This document shows, one piece after another, positions 1-11,451 of a stretch of 64,000 bases of DNA (position 1 is the stretch's first letter; each line of letters begins with the position of its first letter). Below the pieces are notes generated by a model, which was not told where the DNA came from, did no database searches, and worked only from the letters and a program-made list of their open reading frames with translations. Both the position numbers and the translations under genes were made by a program. The DNA is taken from the NCBI GenBank assembly GCA_009859145.1, contig VRVR01000006.1, positions 381,464 through 445,463 on the forward strand. The letters are read 5' to 3'. This DNA is from Andalucia godoyi And28. Lineage: Eukaryota; Protista; Jakobida.

Positions 1-1087
1 AGTTCAGGTAGATTGACCGACTGGCGAGAACTCGCAGAGACGGATCGCTAACATTGAAAGATGCATTTGCCACAGTAGAATTGAACTCTTGCGAAATTCT
101 GGAAACAACTCGCATGGATTCATCCATCGGTTTGCCATCGTTCTTTGCAGTTGCAAAAGAGGGAGGGAAGACCACAGAATCGTTTGCTGCCCCGTAGAAG
201 GCCAGCATGGATGCGTTTCCAGATTGAACAAAGTCGCTAAATTCGCCATCCGTAACATTGATGTACTGTGGAGCAATCACAGGAAGCAGAGTCGAGCAGT
301 AATTCGACGTTCCATGAATGGGAACCCTTGTGTGGCACAGAGCAAAGTATGCAGTGTTGCGTCTATTAAGAAAGATTCCCCCAGTCGTTCCGTTTGCACT
401 CAATCGATCCGCTGGCTGCGTCGATTTGGACGAGGACAAGTAAGCGGTGGCGTCGTAGAGTTCTGATTGACTGGCATTGAATCCTCTTAGGATTACGAAC
501 TCGCCCCCAAATACCCTCGCAGCTGTCCCGTTCAAGAACCACTGTACTGGGTCCAAGCTGCATTTTCCTGCTTCGATATCCTCATCCGCACACATGACGA
601 CGCGTGGAATGATCGTGGAAAGCCCTCGAACCTCCAAAGAGTAGATTTCCGGCGGAAATGAGAAGGAGGTGCTGCAAGGATTGGGGCCATGCACGTTTCC
701 AGAAGTAAACGTGAACCAGAACCGAATCAAGTACGAAGCGTAGGTTCGGGAGTCAGCAGGTTTCACATCATCAAACCGAATGACCACGTCTTCTCCCGTC
801 GCATTAAATTGAAATGACGTTGAAATGCTGCTGAACGACGAGATTGCGCTGTTGTTGTTGAAGCACTGCAAAACGCTGAAGATCCCATCCCCAATGAACA
901 TCTGGACTCTGACACTGCTCAGCGTAGCCTTTGTTTCGGATGACAATGCAAAGACTTGTGTGATGTTCGGAAACCTAACAGTGAATGCATCTGCCCAGAG
1001 AAACACGGGGGGCTCAGCATACAGACCAGGTATGGGAATCCCATGCACACCGACACAAAATAGCAAAACCACCAAAACGAACTTCAT
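1..1087 (-). CDS. Secreted/surface glycoprotein of unknown function, 3' end runs off the window
   Basis: Manually translated from ATG at 1087: MKFVLVVLLFCVGVHGIPIPGLYAEPPVFLWADAFTVRFPNITQVF... Signal-peptide-like N-terminus and several N-x-S/T sequons. No stop seen before the window edge, so it is absent from the ORF track. Confidence 0.75.
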   Translation of the reverse strand, partial: MKFVLVVLLFCVGVHGIPIPGLYAEPPVFLWADAFTVRFPNITQVFALSSETKATLSSVRVQMFIGDGIFSVLQCFNNNSAISSFSSISTSFQFNATGEDVVIRFDDVKPADSRTYASYLIRFWFTFTSGNVHGPNPCSTSFSFPPEIYSLEVRGLSTIIPRVVMCADEDIEAGKCSLDPVQWFLNGTAARVFGGEFVILRGFNASQSELYDATAYLSSSKSTQPADRLSANGTTGGIFLNRRNTAYFALCHTRVPIHGTSNYCSTLLPVIAPQYINVTDGEFSDFVQSGNASMLAFYGAANDSVVFPPSFATAKNDGKPMDESMRVVSRISQEFNSTVANASFNVSDPSLRVLASRSIYLN

Positions 1088-1295
1088 CCTTTGAAAAAGG
1101 AGGGGGATAAATTAAAAAAAAAACCAACAGCAATACCTCCCCGAGTACAGATCTTCAGAAAAAGACAGTGTGTGTTTAAAATTCGCAAAAGTTGCAGAGC
1201 TTTGACTCTTTTCGGTGATTCCCGTGGTGTCCATGAAAAGAGAAAGAGAGAAAGAGAGAAAGAGTGAGAGAAAGAGCGTATGCATGCATGCGTGT

Positions 1296-1337
1296 GTATG
1301 TGTGTGTGTGTATATGTGTGTGTGTATATGTGTGTGT
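1296..1337. repeat. Imperfect (TG)n microsatellite
   Basis: Interrupted TG dinucleotide run seen directly. Confidence 0.9.
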
Positions 1338-2690
1338 GGGCGGGTGTGTTGAGTGAGCGAAAGGGGTGTTCGTGTGCTGGGGCACACAGACAACGGAGAT
1401 TCGCGGTAGGAACTGCTTGCCTTGATTTCACAGCACTCGTTCGTCTGCTTGTCTGCCCAAGCATCCGGCCTGAAAGGATGGACTCGTTCTCATGCTTCAT
1501 TTTGTCAGCGGCTACGAAGACCTCAGGCAGCCGTAGCCTTTTATGGGGATCGGAGCACCCACATCTGCTCCACACCCGGATTCACCGCCCGAGCGAAAAA
1601 CATTGCGGCGCAGGCACCCCCGTACCAGCTAGGGATAGGGAAGAATTATTGTTTTTTTACAGTACAAATGTCGGCAGCAAACGAGTGCATCATGGTATCG
1701 GGTCCAGAGAGAGCACTACCCCGTATTAACGTCCATACAGAAAAGGTGGACAGGTGCGCGGGGCGTGTGGCAACGACATCACTCAGAGGAGATGAGGCTA
1801 GCGGCTCACAGGCTGGTTCGGAAACGAAACGACAGCTTCTGCTCTTCTCTGTTCTTGCAACGAGGCAAGAAACCCACGTACACAGAGCTGGGGCGCGCCA
1901 ACAAGCGGTGAAGTTGCAGATGACTTCTCTTTTGAGGTTTCCCACTTTTCATCCCCCTTGTTATGCTCGTGCGCATCAATCAGGCGCCTACATTATCCAC
2001 TGAACATGCTGCATATCTACGAATAGACATGCATATTCAGTCTTGCATCCCGTTGCCGGAAACGGGACAGGCCCCAACACGTCTCACGGCGTTCTTCAGA
2101 TAAATGTTCCGCGCTCCGTTCCCAATCTCGATCAATCGGTGAGCCACTTTCTCAGCGTGACGCGTTGTTCCTGAGAAGGGTGCATTTTGATTCTGACGGC
2201 CCTAGCAGCAGGCGTAGTGACACGCGGTCTCTTAGGAGGTCTGCGGGACCTAGGAGGCCCTGTATCGAGCGGCGCAGGCACAGGCGAATGCGTCATCGCA
2301 GCGCACCCATGCCCACATTTGAATAAAAACGTGAAACCAACGAATGACAGAATAGATGGCTACGGATGTTGCGTTAAAGAGCGTCGAAAAAGCGGAGCCT
2401 GTGCCACCGGCTGAATTTTGGCCGAGCGCGCGTAAGCACGAATGCCTGTGAAACAAAAACGTGCTTGTGTCGGCCAGTATTTGACCGTCTCTGTTTATGG
2501 ATACTTCCGTATGCATGACAATGATGTGTTATTATTCAACGGCGCGTGAGGAGAGCGACGGGGGAAAAAGCTTCCTTTCAAGCTCTTGGTTCCACCCGCC
2601 CGCCTGACGATTGCCAGTGCTTTTTTCATGTTCCCCCCCGACAAATTTTCTTTTTCTTTTTCGCTGCCGTTCGTTTAACCTGTGTATCGA

Positions 2691-3625
2691 ATGGAGAGTT
2701 TTGACGCGCTCATCATTGGAGGATCCGTTGGCGGCCTCTGTGCAGCCCTGCCGCTAGCCCGAGCATGCAAGCGAGTACTGCTCGTCGATTTTTGCGAGCC
2801 ATGCAACAGATTTTCGGAGGAATCGCATACATTCGGCTCGCACGATGGATCCCCGCCGTCCAGTGTCCGTGCCACCATACTGCGTGACGTCGTATCCTAT
2901 TCAAATGTCACTGTTGCAGAGAATGACAAGGTTCTCTCTGTCAAAAGAACAGGCTCTGATGGAACATCGCCGCATTTTGCGTTTGAAACGCAGTCTGGAC
3001 GACTCTTGGCGTCATTTTCGCAACCGGAGTCATCGACTTGCTTCCGTTGGACGTCCCAGGAATCAAGGAAAACGCCGGCCTGTGGGGCAAGCTCATTCTG
3101 CAGTGCCCGTTCTGCCACGGCTACGAGCTGAGAGACCAACACTGGGGTGTGCTATATGACTGTCCGCATTCCATCTTTGCCGCCAAGCTTTGTCGATCTT
3201 GGACTGCCAACATTTCGTTCTTCGCCAATGGTATGCAGGTTTCCAATGAAGACCGTGCAGTACTTACGGCGATGGGTGTAAGGATCGTGGACTCCAAAGT
3301 AGCGTCCATGTCCTCGGCCGCTGCGCATTCCTTAACTGTCCACACAGAAGATTCTGCAGCTTTCGACCTTGCGGCGCTTTTTATCAAACCGAAGAACGTT
3401 GTTGCTTCTGCGGATCTTGCAACGGGATTGGGGGTGGAGCTTACGCCCACGGGGCTCCTCGCCGTAACATTTCCGTTTAACGAGACCAATGTCAAGGGGG
3501 TTTATGCTGCTGGAGACTGTGCAAACCCGGTCCGACAACTGGCTGTGGCTTCAGGAGATGGAAACCGTGCAGGAGCTGGCCTGGTGATGCACCTGACACT
3601 TGAACGCCAGTCTGTCCGCGCGTAA
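2691..3625 (+). pseudogene. TrxB/GliT-like FAD-dependent dithiol oxidoreductase with one frameshift (pseudogene or assembly error)
   Basis: Frame 1 gives DALIIGGSVGGLCAAL (FAD-binding) and NRFSEESHTFGSHDG. Frame 2 gives VIFATGVIDLLP, CPFCHGYE (CxxC) and TNVKGVYAAGD. The frames switch near 2995-3010 with no GT-AG intron available. Confidence 0.8.
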
Positions 3626-3778
3626 TCGCAACAAGAATTGCCGAGTAGAAATACACCATTCACTCACTCACCCACTCTTTTATCGCAACAACGACAGGAA
3701 CAACAACAAAGACTAATGGAATTTAAAAAGAAACAAACACCGTGCAATCGAAAAGTACAACCCAAACATAATTCAAGA

Positions 3779-3781
<3 letters not shown>

Positions 3782-3812
<31 letters not shown>
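3782..3812. repeat. (CA)n microsatellite
   Basis: Direct observation. Confidence 0.95.
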
Positions 3813-3815
<3 letters not shown>

Positions 3816-3857
3816 CAACCCCTCAAAAAATAAAATAATGGAAAAAGAAATGGTCCA

Positions 3858-4415
3858 CTAATTGAAGCCAAACACACGATAGCCCACAAAATCCGAATAG
3901 TTGTAAGCAGCTCTGTCGAAACCAGGGTCATTGACGTAGAACAGATCTTGGTTCGTCGAGTCCCAACCCGTTCCCAATACGAAATGGTGTCCCTGGTCGA
4001 CATTGAAAATGAGAGCAACCTTATCGTTCGCGATCATCTTTTGGATGTCCTGACGGCTCAGTGCATCGCCCGAGTGGATCGGCCCAACATACTGAATACT
4101 CGGATTCAGCTTTCCGACAACGGTTTCTTCAAAATCATTGCTGGAGTCATACCCGCCATTGGCTTTCAACCAAGCATTGAACGTCCCCGGGTTAGAGGTC
4201 TGCCCATCGATGGTGATTTGGTGATATCCAATCGCCATCGACGTTGACGACATTAAACATCCAACCTTGCAAACGGTCGTTGTCACCATAATGTCGTTTC
4301 CCCACCGCGGATCGCACTGCTTGTAGAGAGGATACGTGTGCGGAATGATCGGCGTCGCGAGTGCCACGGCAACACAAATGCCTGCAAGGGCAGCAACCAA
4401 GACACAACGGCGCAT
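3858..4415 (-). CDS. Secreted papain-fold peptidase, C39-like family
   Basis: Signal peptide MRRCVLVAALAGICVAVALA; YKQCDPRW; catalytic-type GCLMSS, HHFVL and VNDP. ATG at 4415. Confidence 0.8.
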   Translation of the reverse strand: MRRCVLVAALAGICVAVALATPIIPHTYPLYKQCDPRWGNDIMVTTTVCKVGCLMSSTSMAIGYHQITIDGQTSNPGTFNAWLKANGGYDSSNDFEETVVGKLNPSIQYVGPIHSGDALSRQDIQKMIANDKVALIFNVDQGHHFVLGTGWDSTNQDLFYVNDPGFDRAAYNYSDFVGYRVFGFN

Positions 4416-4781
4416 TTTCGTAACACAGAGGAGAAGAATAGCCAACCAAATAATAACGATATGAAAAAAATAAATGATAATAAATAAATAAATAAATAAA
4501 ATTAATTAATTAAAAAATATTTAGTGAACAAACTTGGGAAAGCACAGTCAATCAACAGCAAAACATTTCCGCCCGCCTTGCGGAGCTACATCAGGCAGAC
4601 GAAAGACATCCGTTTCGAAAACGTTGGTCTGCATCTGGTCTACCGACTACTGGGTGCAGCGCAGCGGCTTGCGAGGATACACACAGCCTTGCAAGAGCAG
4701 ATATTATTTACGATTATGCTACATCTCATTGAGGCATGAGCGATCATGGGGTGTGTGGAAGAGAGGGACTCTGGGATTACA

Positions 4782-7477
4782 TTAGAATTCATCCACAGGG
4801 ATCAGATCTCCATTTTCCGCAACAAGCTGGTCGGGAACAACAACAACCGAGGTCGAGCTTTCCGTGCTGGACGAACTCGAACTCGACGTCTGTTCGATTC
4901 CACGAAGTTCAAGGAGCAGGATATCGTCGTGACACAGGCCTTTGTGTCGGCCAATATGCTCTGGAAGCAGGACACTTCCGCACAGCCAGCACCAGTTTGC
5001 CCCGCAAGTGCAAGCCATGTGCTGACACCCGTCGCTCCTGGTGGTTGCAATCCGGCACTCCGGACACGTTCTCGTCCTGCCGCTTTCCATAATGCGGAAG
5101 AATCGTTTCCCATCACAGTCCTCGCCGTGGTGGGCAAATCGCCGACAATTTGCACAATGCAGGGCGTTGCAGTCCCGGCATTGCACGTCAAACGAAGTCT
5201 GCACAGCACTGTACAATGACGGGACATAGTGCGAAAGAAGCCTGCCGCAGTCCGGCGTATTGCACGGAAAGCTGTTTGGCGGACGAGACAAGCGGCCAGC
5301 GAGTACTCTGACCGCATCATTCTGAAATAAAGTGATCCAAAAAAACGGCGAAGGAAATTTGCAGCAAATTGAACACGCAAGAGATGGCGCAAAGGAACCA
5401 AGCGACGCAATCAGGTGTTCCAACTGCGCATGGATGCAGCAGAAGCAGCCGAGGTGCCCGCAAGGAAGTTCCACTGCTCGATACACAGTGTCTGAACAGA
5501 TGGAAAGGCACATGCTGAGCAGTCCCTTGTCTAGCGTCGCGATTGAATACGGCGGCGGGCTGTCTTCTCCACCCGACAGCCCCTCTTCCGACAGAGATTG
5601 CATTTCCTGAACAGAAATCACCGAACGAATGGCCTTGCGCATGCAGGCAATCCAAGCCAGCGTGCGGTATCCTTGAGCCACAGGATGTCCCAAAGTGGGG
5701 TACATGACCGCAAACGCATGCGGACGGCCAGGAACATCCGTAATGACAATCAATTTCTCGTCGATTGAAGGATGGATCGTGTACAATTCGACGATCTTTT
5801 GCTGGAGGTCGCGGCGTTTATCCTCGGAGAGTGCCGCGAATCGTAAATGACGATAGTGAGTGTTTCCCAAAAACCAGTCATCGCCCACCGAGCGCATGTC
5901 AAATGCTCGACCACAGAGCGATGCAGCAACAAACGTACACGCATGCTCGAACGAATCCCAGGTGATGGATTCAATCAAAATAGAGCCGGCATCCGCGCCA
6001 CGAAGGTAACGGACAGACAGGAACTCCGCAGCATCGTTCAACAAACACTTAATCATCCTGTTGATGAAATCACATCTGATCGCGGCTGGTATATGCTTCC
6101 CGACGGGTAGTGTTTTCGAAAATATAGGAATCACACGAAGGGCAACAGTGTCGGACTGCAATGCGCGAAGACCGGATAGATCTTTCTTGGAAACTCTGCA
6201 ACCTGCGCTCCACCGGACCCACATTTCGTGGGACCTTTCAAACCGCACGGAGTCGTTGCGTTTTCGGGAGCATTCAAAGCGAAGATCGTGAAATATCCCC
6301 CGAAATTTGCTGCAGATGGCGGTAGCCAACGGACTCGCGGGCTTGAGCAGGGACGGCGTCAAAATGCGAGGACAGTGCAATTGAAATCGAGAAGCCGGCG
6401 ACACCTCCTCTTCGGTGTCCTCGCTCTGACTTGCCTTTCCAAGTTCTCGGTAGACATACTGCCCCAAGAGACGACGTGGGACTGCTTTCGCATCTCCAAA
6501 CGGATCGTGCGCTTTAATCGACAATGGCAGCATAGAAGATACAGCTCCTCTGGCCAGTTTCAAATCCGCCTTCGTAGCTAACAGAACCGCCGCTACAGAC
6601 CCTGACTCGTCAGCGTCGTCGATGAACAAGTCAAATCGACGGGGGTGAACTACACCTGTTTTATCAGGGGAGGACACGTGCCGCGGAAACGCAAACACCA
6701 CACATCCACTGACATCCGCATCCGCCACCGCCACATGAGAGTAGAATTCATCCCAGTCGGCCCAAACGGGGTCCTCATACGGCGGCTCGTTGTTCACAGC
6801 AGTTTCAGTTTCCGATTGCAGCAAACGATTCAGTTCAATCTCGAACCCAGACTCGAACCCAGGCCCGGGTCCAGCAGCCGCCAACAGCCTATCTCTCATG
6901 CTCGGAACTGCTGCAGGACTCGGCGAATACGAGATGAAGCTCCATCCACTCGACCAATTGAAGTGCAAAGAGTAACATCGAGACTTTGCAGGCACTTCAT
7001 TTACTGCTCTTCGAACCGAAGCATCATTCAATGGCAGCGTTTCCGAGGTAATCTGGAATTCGTCAAACGCAAAATCAGATTCCGCCAGCCTGTTGCACAC
7101 GACCCTGAGGTTCCTATCCATGTATGCCGTCTGGCCAACAGAGGGGCAGTTTTCCAGTTTTGCGATTCCCTGGAAGAACTTGTGAAATGCAGCATTTGCA
7201 AGCTGCAGAAGCGACAGAACCAGTGGAACCTCCTCGCGGCGCTCCACGAAAATATGTACATTTTCAGCGGCAACAAGTTCGCACATCGCGTGTTCAGAAA
7301 CGTGTGTATCTGCAAGATTCACAGACGGAACCAGGTCGTATGGACAGTGCGTGAAGTAGTGATGCACTTTGAGACACGCCTTTTTGGTTCTCTGGCGAAT
7401 GAGAACGTTCGCCAGATTCAGTGCTCCCCAAGCATGCGAAGCACTCTGAAACTCGCTCAACAGCAACATTAGCCGTG

Positions 7478-7568
<91 letters not shown>

Positions 7569-7717
7569 ATACATGAAACTCGACCAGAGCCTACTTTTAA
7601 TAAATTGACTTGCTCTCTTCTGTCTGCCTTTCCTTTAGCGCCCGGAATTGCATTGCGAGTTCCAATAATTTCAAAAGATCCATACGCGCATTCCCCGTTT
7701 TGTATCGGAAATTTCAT
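4782..7717 (-). CDS. RBR (RING1-IBR-RING2) E3 ubiquitin ligase; predicted exons 7595-7717 and 4782-7445
   Basis: RING1 CSIC..CGHLGCFCC..CSIC, IBR CNTPDC..CRDC..CANC..H..C, RING2 CPEC..DGCQHMACTCGANWCWLC. The short 5' exon is inferred from a phase-0 GTAGGC..CTAAT..TTTCAG intron. The alternative start is the ATG at 7469. Confidence 0.85.
7481..7567. repeat. (TC)n microsatellite, about 43 units
   Basis: Direct observation; lies inside the predicted intron. Confidence 0.97.
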
Positions 7718-8485
7718 GAATATATCTCCGCTTGAGTATTAAAAACTGCCGAGTGGCTTTTTTAGATACGAGCCCACCTACGTGCGTTTCCTTCCATGGA
7801 ACTGAGCAACAAAGAACGCCTGCATTGCACACCGAGTATGCATGATCATCGTTAGTCATGCCATAATCAAGTGTTGCAACCTCCGGGCCATATCGCCATG
7901 GACGGGGGAGGGAGGGTAGACCCCCAGCATGCCTTGCCGCCGTTCTTAAAATAAATGTTGTTGCGTGGCGTGGTAGGGGATTCACGTGCACTGGCATCGC
8001 GTGCACAAAGAAGAAGAAAAACAAAGGAGGTAAATCAGCGTCTGAACAATTTGGTTAAACGAGCAAATCTGGATTCTCATTTTTCGTCTGCCTGTTGTTC
8101 ACGCACGTGTTTATGCATGTTGCTTGTTGTCGTCTTTGAGAGAAACGGTGCAAATCAGTGTTGTGCAGCCAGTCAGTGTTTGTGTTCCTTTCCCCTGTGT
8201 ACCTTGGATGAACATCGGAGTGGGTGAGTACAGAAGCCCAAACCGCGGACTCGGACATCTTTCAAGATTGTTATGTTCCCGCGGTCTGTGCGCGTCATAG
8301 TTGCATCGGATCTTCCTGCTGAAAGATGATCCAACCACGAAACACAGCAACGACTGTTGCCGACAAACCAGTGCTCGCGCCCGCCCCCTCCACTGTATCG
8401 CAGATGCATGCTGTTCTGTATTTCTTCAGTTTATTTCTTTGATGTTGCTGCTGTGAATGCACCAAAATAGGATAAGAAACACGTG

Positions 8486-8947
8486 CTAGGCATCCGACTT
8501 GCCGTCAAGCACTTGGTCCGTGAGCTGGTCGGCGTATGCAACCGCCTTGAGGACGGCTCTTCTGGAAGACTCCTGCAGCTCACCAGCAAGCACGATTTCA
8601 TCCAGCATGTAGTATGCCTTGTGGAAATTGAATATAAGATCCAACTCGCAAACATTCCCAAAATACCGATCCAGAACTTCCACATACTGATGCAGAATCT
8701 CAAGTGCCAAAAGCTCGTTGTCATCCGGGTCAATTCCAACGCAAAAGTACAGCGACGCATATCTCTTGTACACAAGCTTCACATCCGTCCGATATTCAAT
8801 CATGTTGCACATTTTGGATGTCCTCGATAGAATCAGCGAGCACACATCTCGCAGTATCCGCGGACGCTCAGACGGAACTACCGGAACATACCATTTCGAC
8901 AAGCGAACCTTGCCTTGCCTCGATACTAGGACAAGAAATTGAATCAT
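8486..8947 (-). CDS. AP1S: Adaptor complex AP-1 sigma subunit
   Basis: MIQFLVLVSRQGKVRLSKWY, KLVYKRYASLYF, DNELLALEILHQYVEVLDRYFGNVCELDLIFNFHKAY. Confidence 0.93.
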   Translation of the reverse strand: MIQFLVLVSRQGKVRLSKWYVPVVPSERPRILRDVCSLILSRTSKMCNMIEYRTDVKLVYKRYASLYFCVGIDPDDNELLALEILHQYVEVLDRYFGNVCELDLIFNFHKAYYMLDEIVLAGELQESSRRAVLKAVAYADQLTDQVLDGKSDA

Positions 8948-9940
8948 TGTTTTATGTTTTTTGTGTTCTTGCCAAAGCCTTTGCACCCCACCGCCGTGAC
9001 AATTCGACGACGACCACCGTTGCTACTGATGCTGTTTCTGATGTTTTGCTGTTTTTGTCTGTGGACTGAGCGTTAGGCCTCTGGCTCCTTTGATATCGTC
9101 GAATGGGGTAACTCTCAAAAATGAAAGGGAAAAAATAAGAAAAAAAGTCCAGAACACGATTCTACACTTCCAGAAGAACTCAAAGTCAGCTTTTCCTTTT
9201 ACGAGATTCTCTTTGAAGTCCTACATACGACAGACGGAGCAAGACAGCACGCTACGACCTTCTGTCGGAATTTCTTTCATTCTTTACCTTTTTGTCTTTC
9301 TGTTTAATTGTTTTAATCATCGAACCCTCAAGCAGCACCTTTCATCAGAGACAAAATATCTCACGGCTTCAAAGAGAGATCTTCCCAACAAACGCAAACC
9401 GGCCATGCCCGACCCTCTCGTCGAAGGCCGAGAGCAAGAAGAAGCGACGACCCTCTGATGCAGAGCAATCTGCATTGAAGAGTTGGTGCTCGCCCCAAAT
9501 TGAATCTGTCTTCGTGGACAGCTTAGCCGATGACCAATAATGGTTCATGTTTTGGTGAGCGGTTGACTGAGAGTGTTTACACCTTGGAGCAAAAAGACCG
9601 GACCGAAGAAGAACCGGATCGAAGAGCACAGTATTCAGTTTATTTCCTGCCTGTTTGCAGGAATTTCAGGAAAAGAAAAAGAAGAAAGAGAAAGAGAAAG
9701 AGAAGACCAACAAGACCCCATATGCACTTCGTTTTGGAAATCTTTCATTTCAAAATACTCGAGTTAACAAAATATATCAGCGCTATTCAGTGAACACTCT
9801 AAAAGTAGTGCTATACAAAACGCCAGCGTTGGCAACTGCTAGTTTTTTTTCTTTTTCTTCTTCTTCTCACCCTCCTGTGCCCCACGCTCTTCCGCTCTCT
9901 TGTCTCCACTTGTTGATTGGTTATTGGTCGACTATTGCAG

Positions 9941-10996
9941 TCACGTTGATTTCTTTTGCGCTGAAGTGGATGGAGCTGCGAGTTCTTGGTCCAATGGCTG
10001 ACCGGCTCCGGAATTCTTCTTTCCGGCCGACAGAAGCGATTCCGGGTAGACCATGCGTCTGTGCAATCCCATGTCATCTCTCATGATGAAGTCCCAGATG
10101 ACGCGCACGTAGCTTGTGTGATGAGGCAGGTTATTGTACCACTCTGGAGCAATCGCCCTGATTTTCGGCAGATTGTTGTGGTTCACAAAGCGGAAGTCAT
10201 GGTGTTCCACATGATATCCTACATTGTACGCAAGCAAGTTCCAGAATCCATAGTACGAAAACGTCTCTGGGACACGCTGGTTCTTGTCATCGACGAAATG
10301 GTAGTGTTCTGCAATGAAATGGCCAGCAAGCGGGTGCAGCCCCATTCCCAAGAACGATCCAGCGGCAAGCCACACGACGGCCCAGATTCCTGCAACCGAG
10401 TAGAGAGCGTAGTTGAAGAGGATGCACGACACCCAATTTGCGAGTTCCCACGCAGTAGCGGGCTGCGGATCGACCAAGAACGGTCGGAGCGCATAGAACG
10501 CCGGCTGCAAAAACACCCAAACCAGCTTGAGCAGGCGAGACTTTTGAAACAATGCGACTTCCCACAGAGACGGGATGTCCGTGTCCATCGCGTACACGGA
10601 GATGTACTCGTGGTGTCGTCTGTGGTACTTCTGGAACGACATTGCAGTCGGGAGCCCCATTGCCCAGTTTCCAATCAGCAGCAGGATCTGGTTTGCAAAA
10701 ATGCCCTTGAATGCAAGATTATGTGACACCTCGTGCAGCGCAAGTGCAATCGTGTGGTTCACTGTCCCAGCAATCGCCCAGCATGACAGCCAGTACATCG
10801 GTGACGAGAGCGTGGGTGCCCAGCACGCTGCCAGAAGGATCACAAACAACCCACGAACAAGACAGTCAACCGCCATCCATGGATCGGGCCCATACAGCTT
10901 GCGAATCTCAGGATGCTGCTCCAGAATCTGAATTCGACGCTCAGGATGCGTCCACTTCGAATGCGCTATAAACGGACTCTTCGTTGCGCTCGACAT
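9941..10996 (-). CDS. DEGS1: Sphingolipid delta(4)-desaturase
   Basis: N-terminal HPERRIQILEQHPEIRKLYGPDP; His boxes HEVSH, HRRHH and HVEHH. ATG at 10996. Confidence 0.95.
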   Translation of the reverse strand: MSSATKSPFIAHSKWTHPERRIQILEQHPEIRKLYGPDPWMAVDCLVRGLFVILLAACWAPTLSSPMYWLSCWAIAGTVNHTIALALHEVSHNLAFKGIFANQILLLIGNWAMGLPTAMSFQKYHRRHHEYISVYAMDTDIPSLWEVALFQKSRLLKLVWVFLQPAFYALRPFLVDPQPATAWELANWVSCILFNYALYSVAGIWAVVWLAAGSFLGMGLHPLAGHFIAEHYHFVDDKNQRVPETFSYYGFWNLLAYNVGYHVEHHDFRFVNHNNLPKIRAIAPEWYNNLPHHTSYVRVIWDFIMRDDMGLHRRMVYPESLLSAGKKNSGAGQPLDQELAAPSTSAQKKST

Positions 10997-11451
10997 TTTC
11001 CACACCAACAAGACGCACCACTCCAGCCTGTCTGATCTCTCGAGTACGCAATCAGCTGAAAAAAAAAAGACCAAAAAACAAAACGAAAAATAAAAAACGA
11101 AAAAAAACCCACGAGACAATTAAAGATGGAATTTAAAAAAGAAAAAAGAAAAAGGAAAAAAGAAAAGCAAAGTGGAATTTACAACATTCGTGGTTCAAAG
11201 AGCAACTTCAAAAGGGAGACAGACAGATTTGGTCAAAAACAATTATGGAAAGGAGATTTGTTTTCAAGGACATCAAGAGCGAGCGAGGAAAGCGCCAAAA
11301 ACCAGCAGGCACGCAGAAACAGAGAGATTTCTCATGAGTGCGGGGGGGATATGATCACGGAGATTTTTTTTTCCGGGTAATTGGTTCCATGATTATTCAT
11401 TGAGACAAAAAGACAGAAACGGGGAAAAATGCCCGCTACAGTCTTTGCCTT

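Noticed and set aside
1280-2600. Several 75-193-aa ORFs in the long intergenic region
   Set aside because: No recognisable domain, overlapping on both strands, and mostly non-ATG starts.
7469-7594. ORFs reading through microsatellites (poly-RE, poly-K/E/R, HT repeats; also 1084-1575, 13425-13970, 30963-31569)
   Set aside because: They are stop-free only because of simple repeats.
9090-9800. Short ORFs between AP1S and DEGS1
   Set aside because: Fragmented frames with no family motif; they cannot be supported as a gene.
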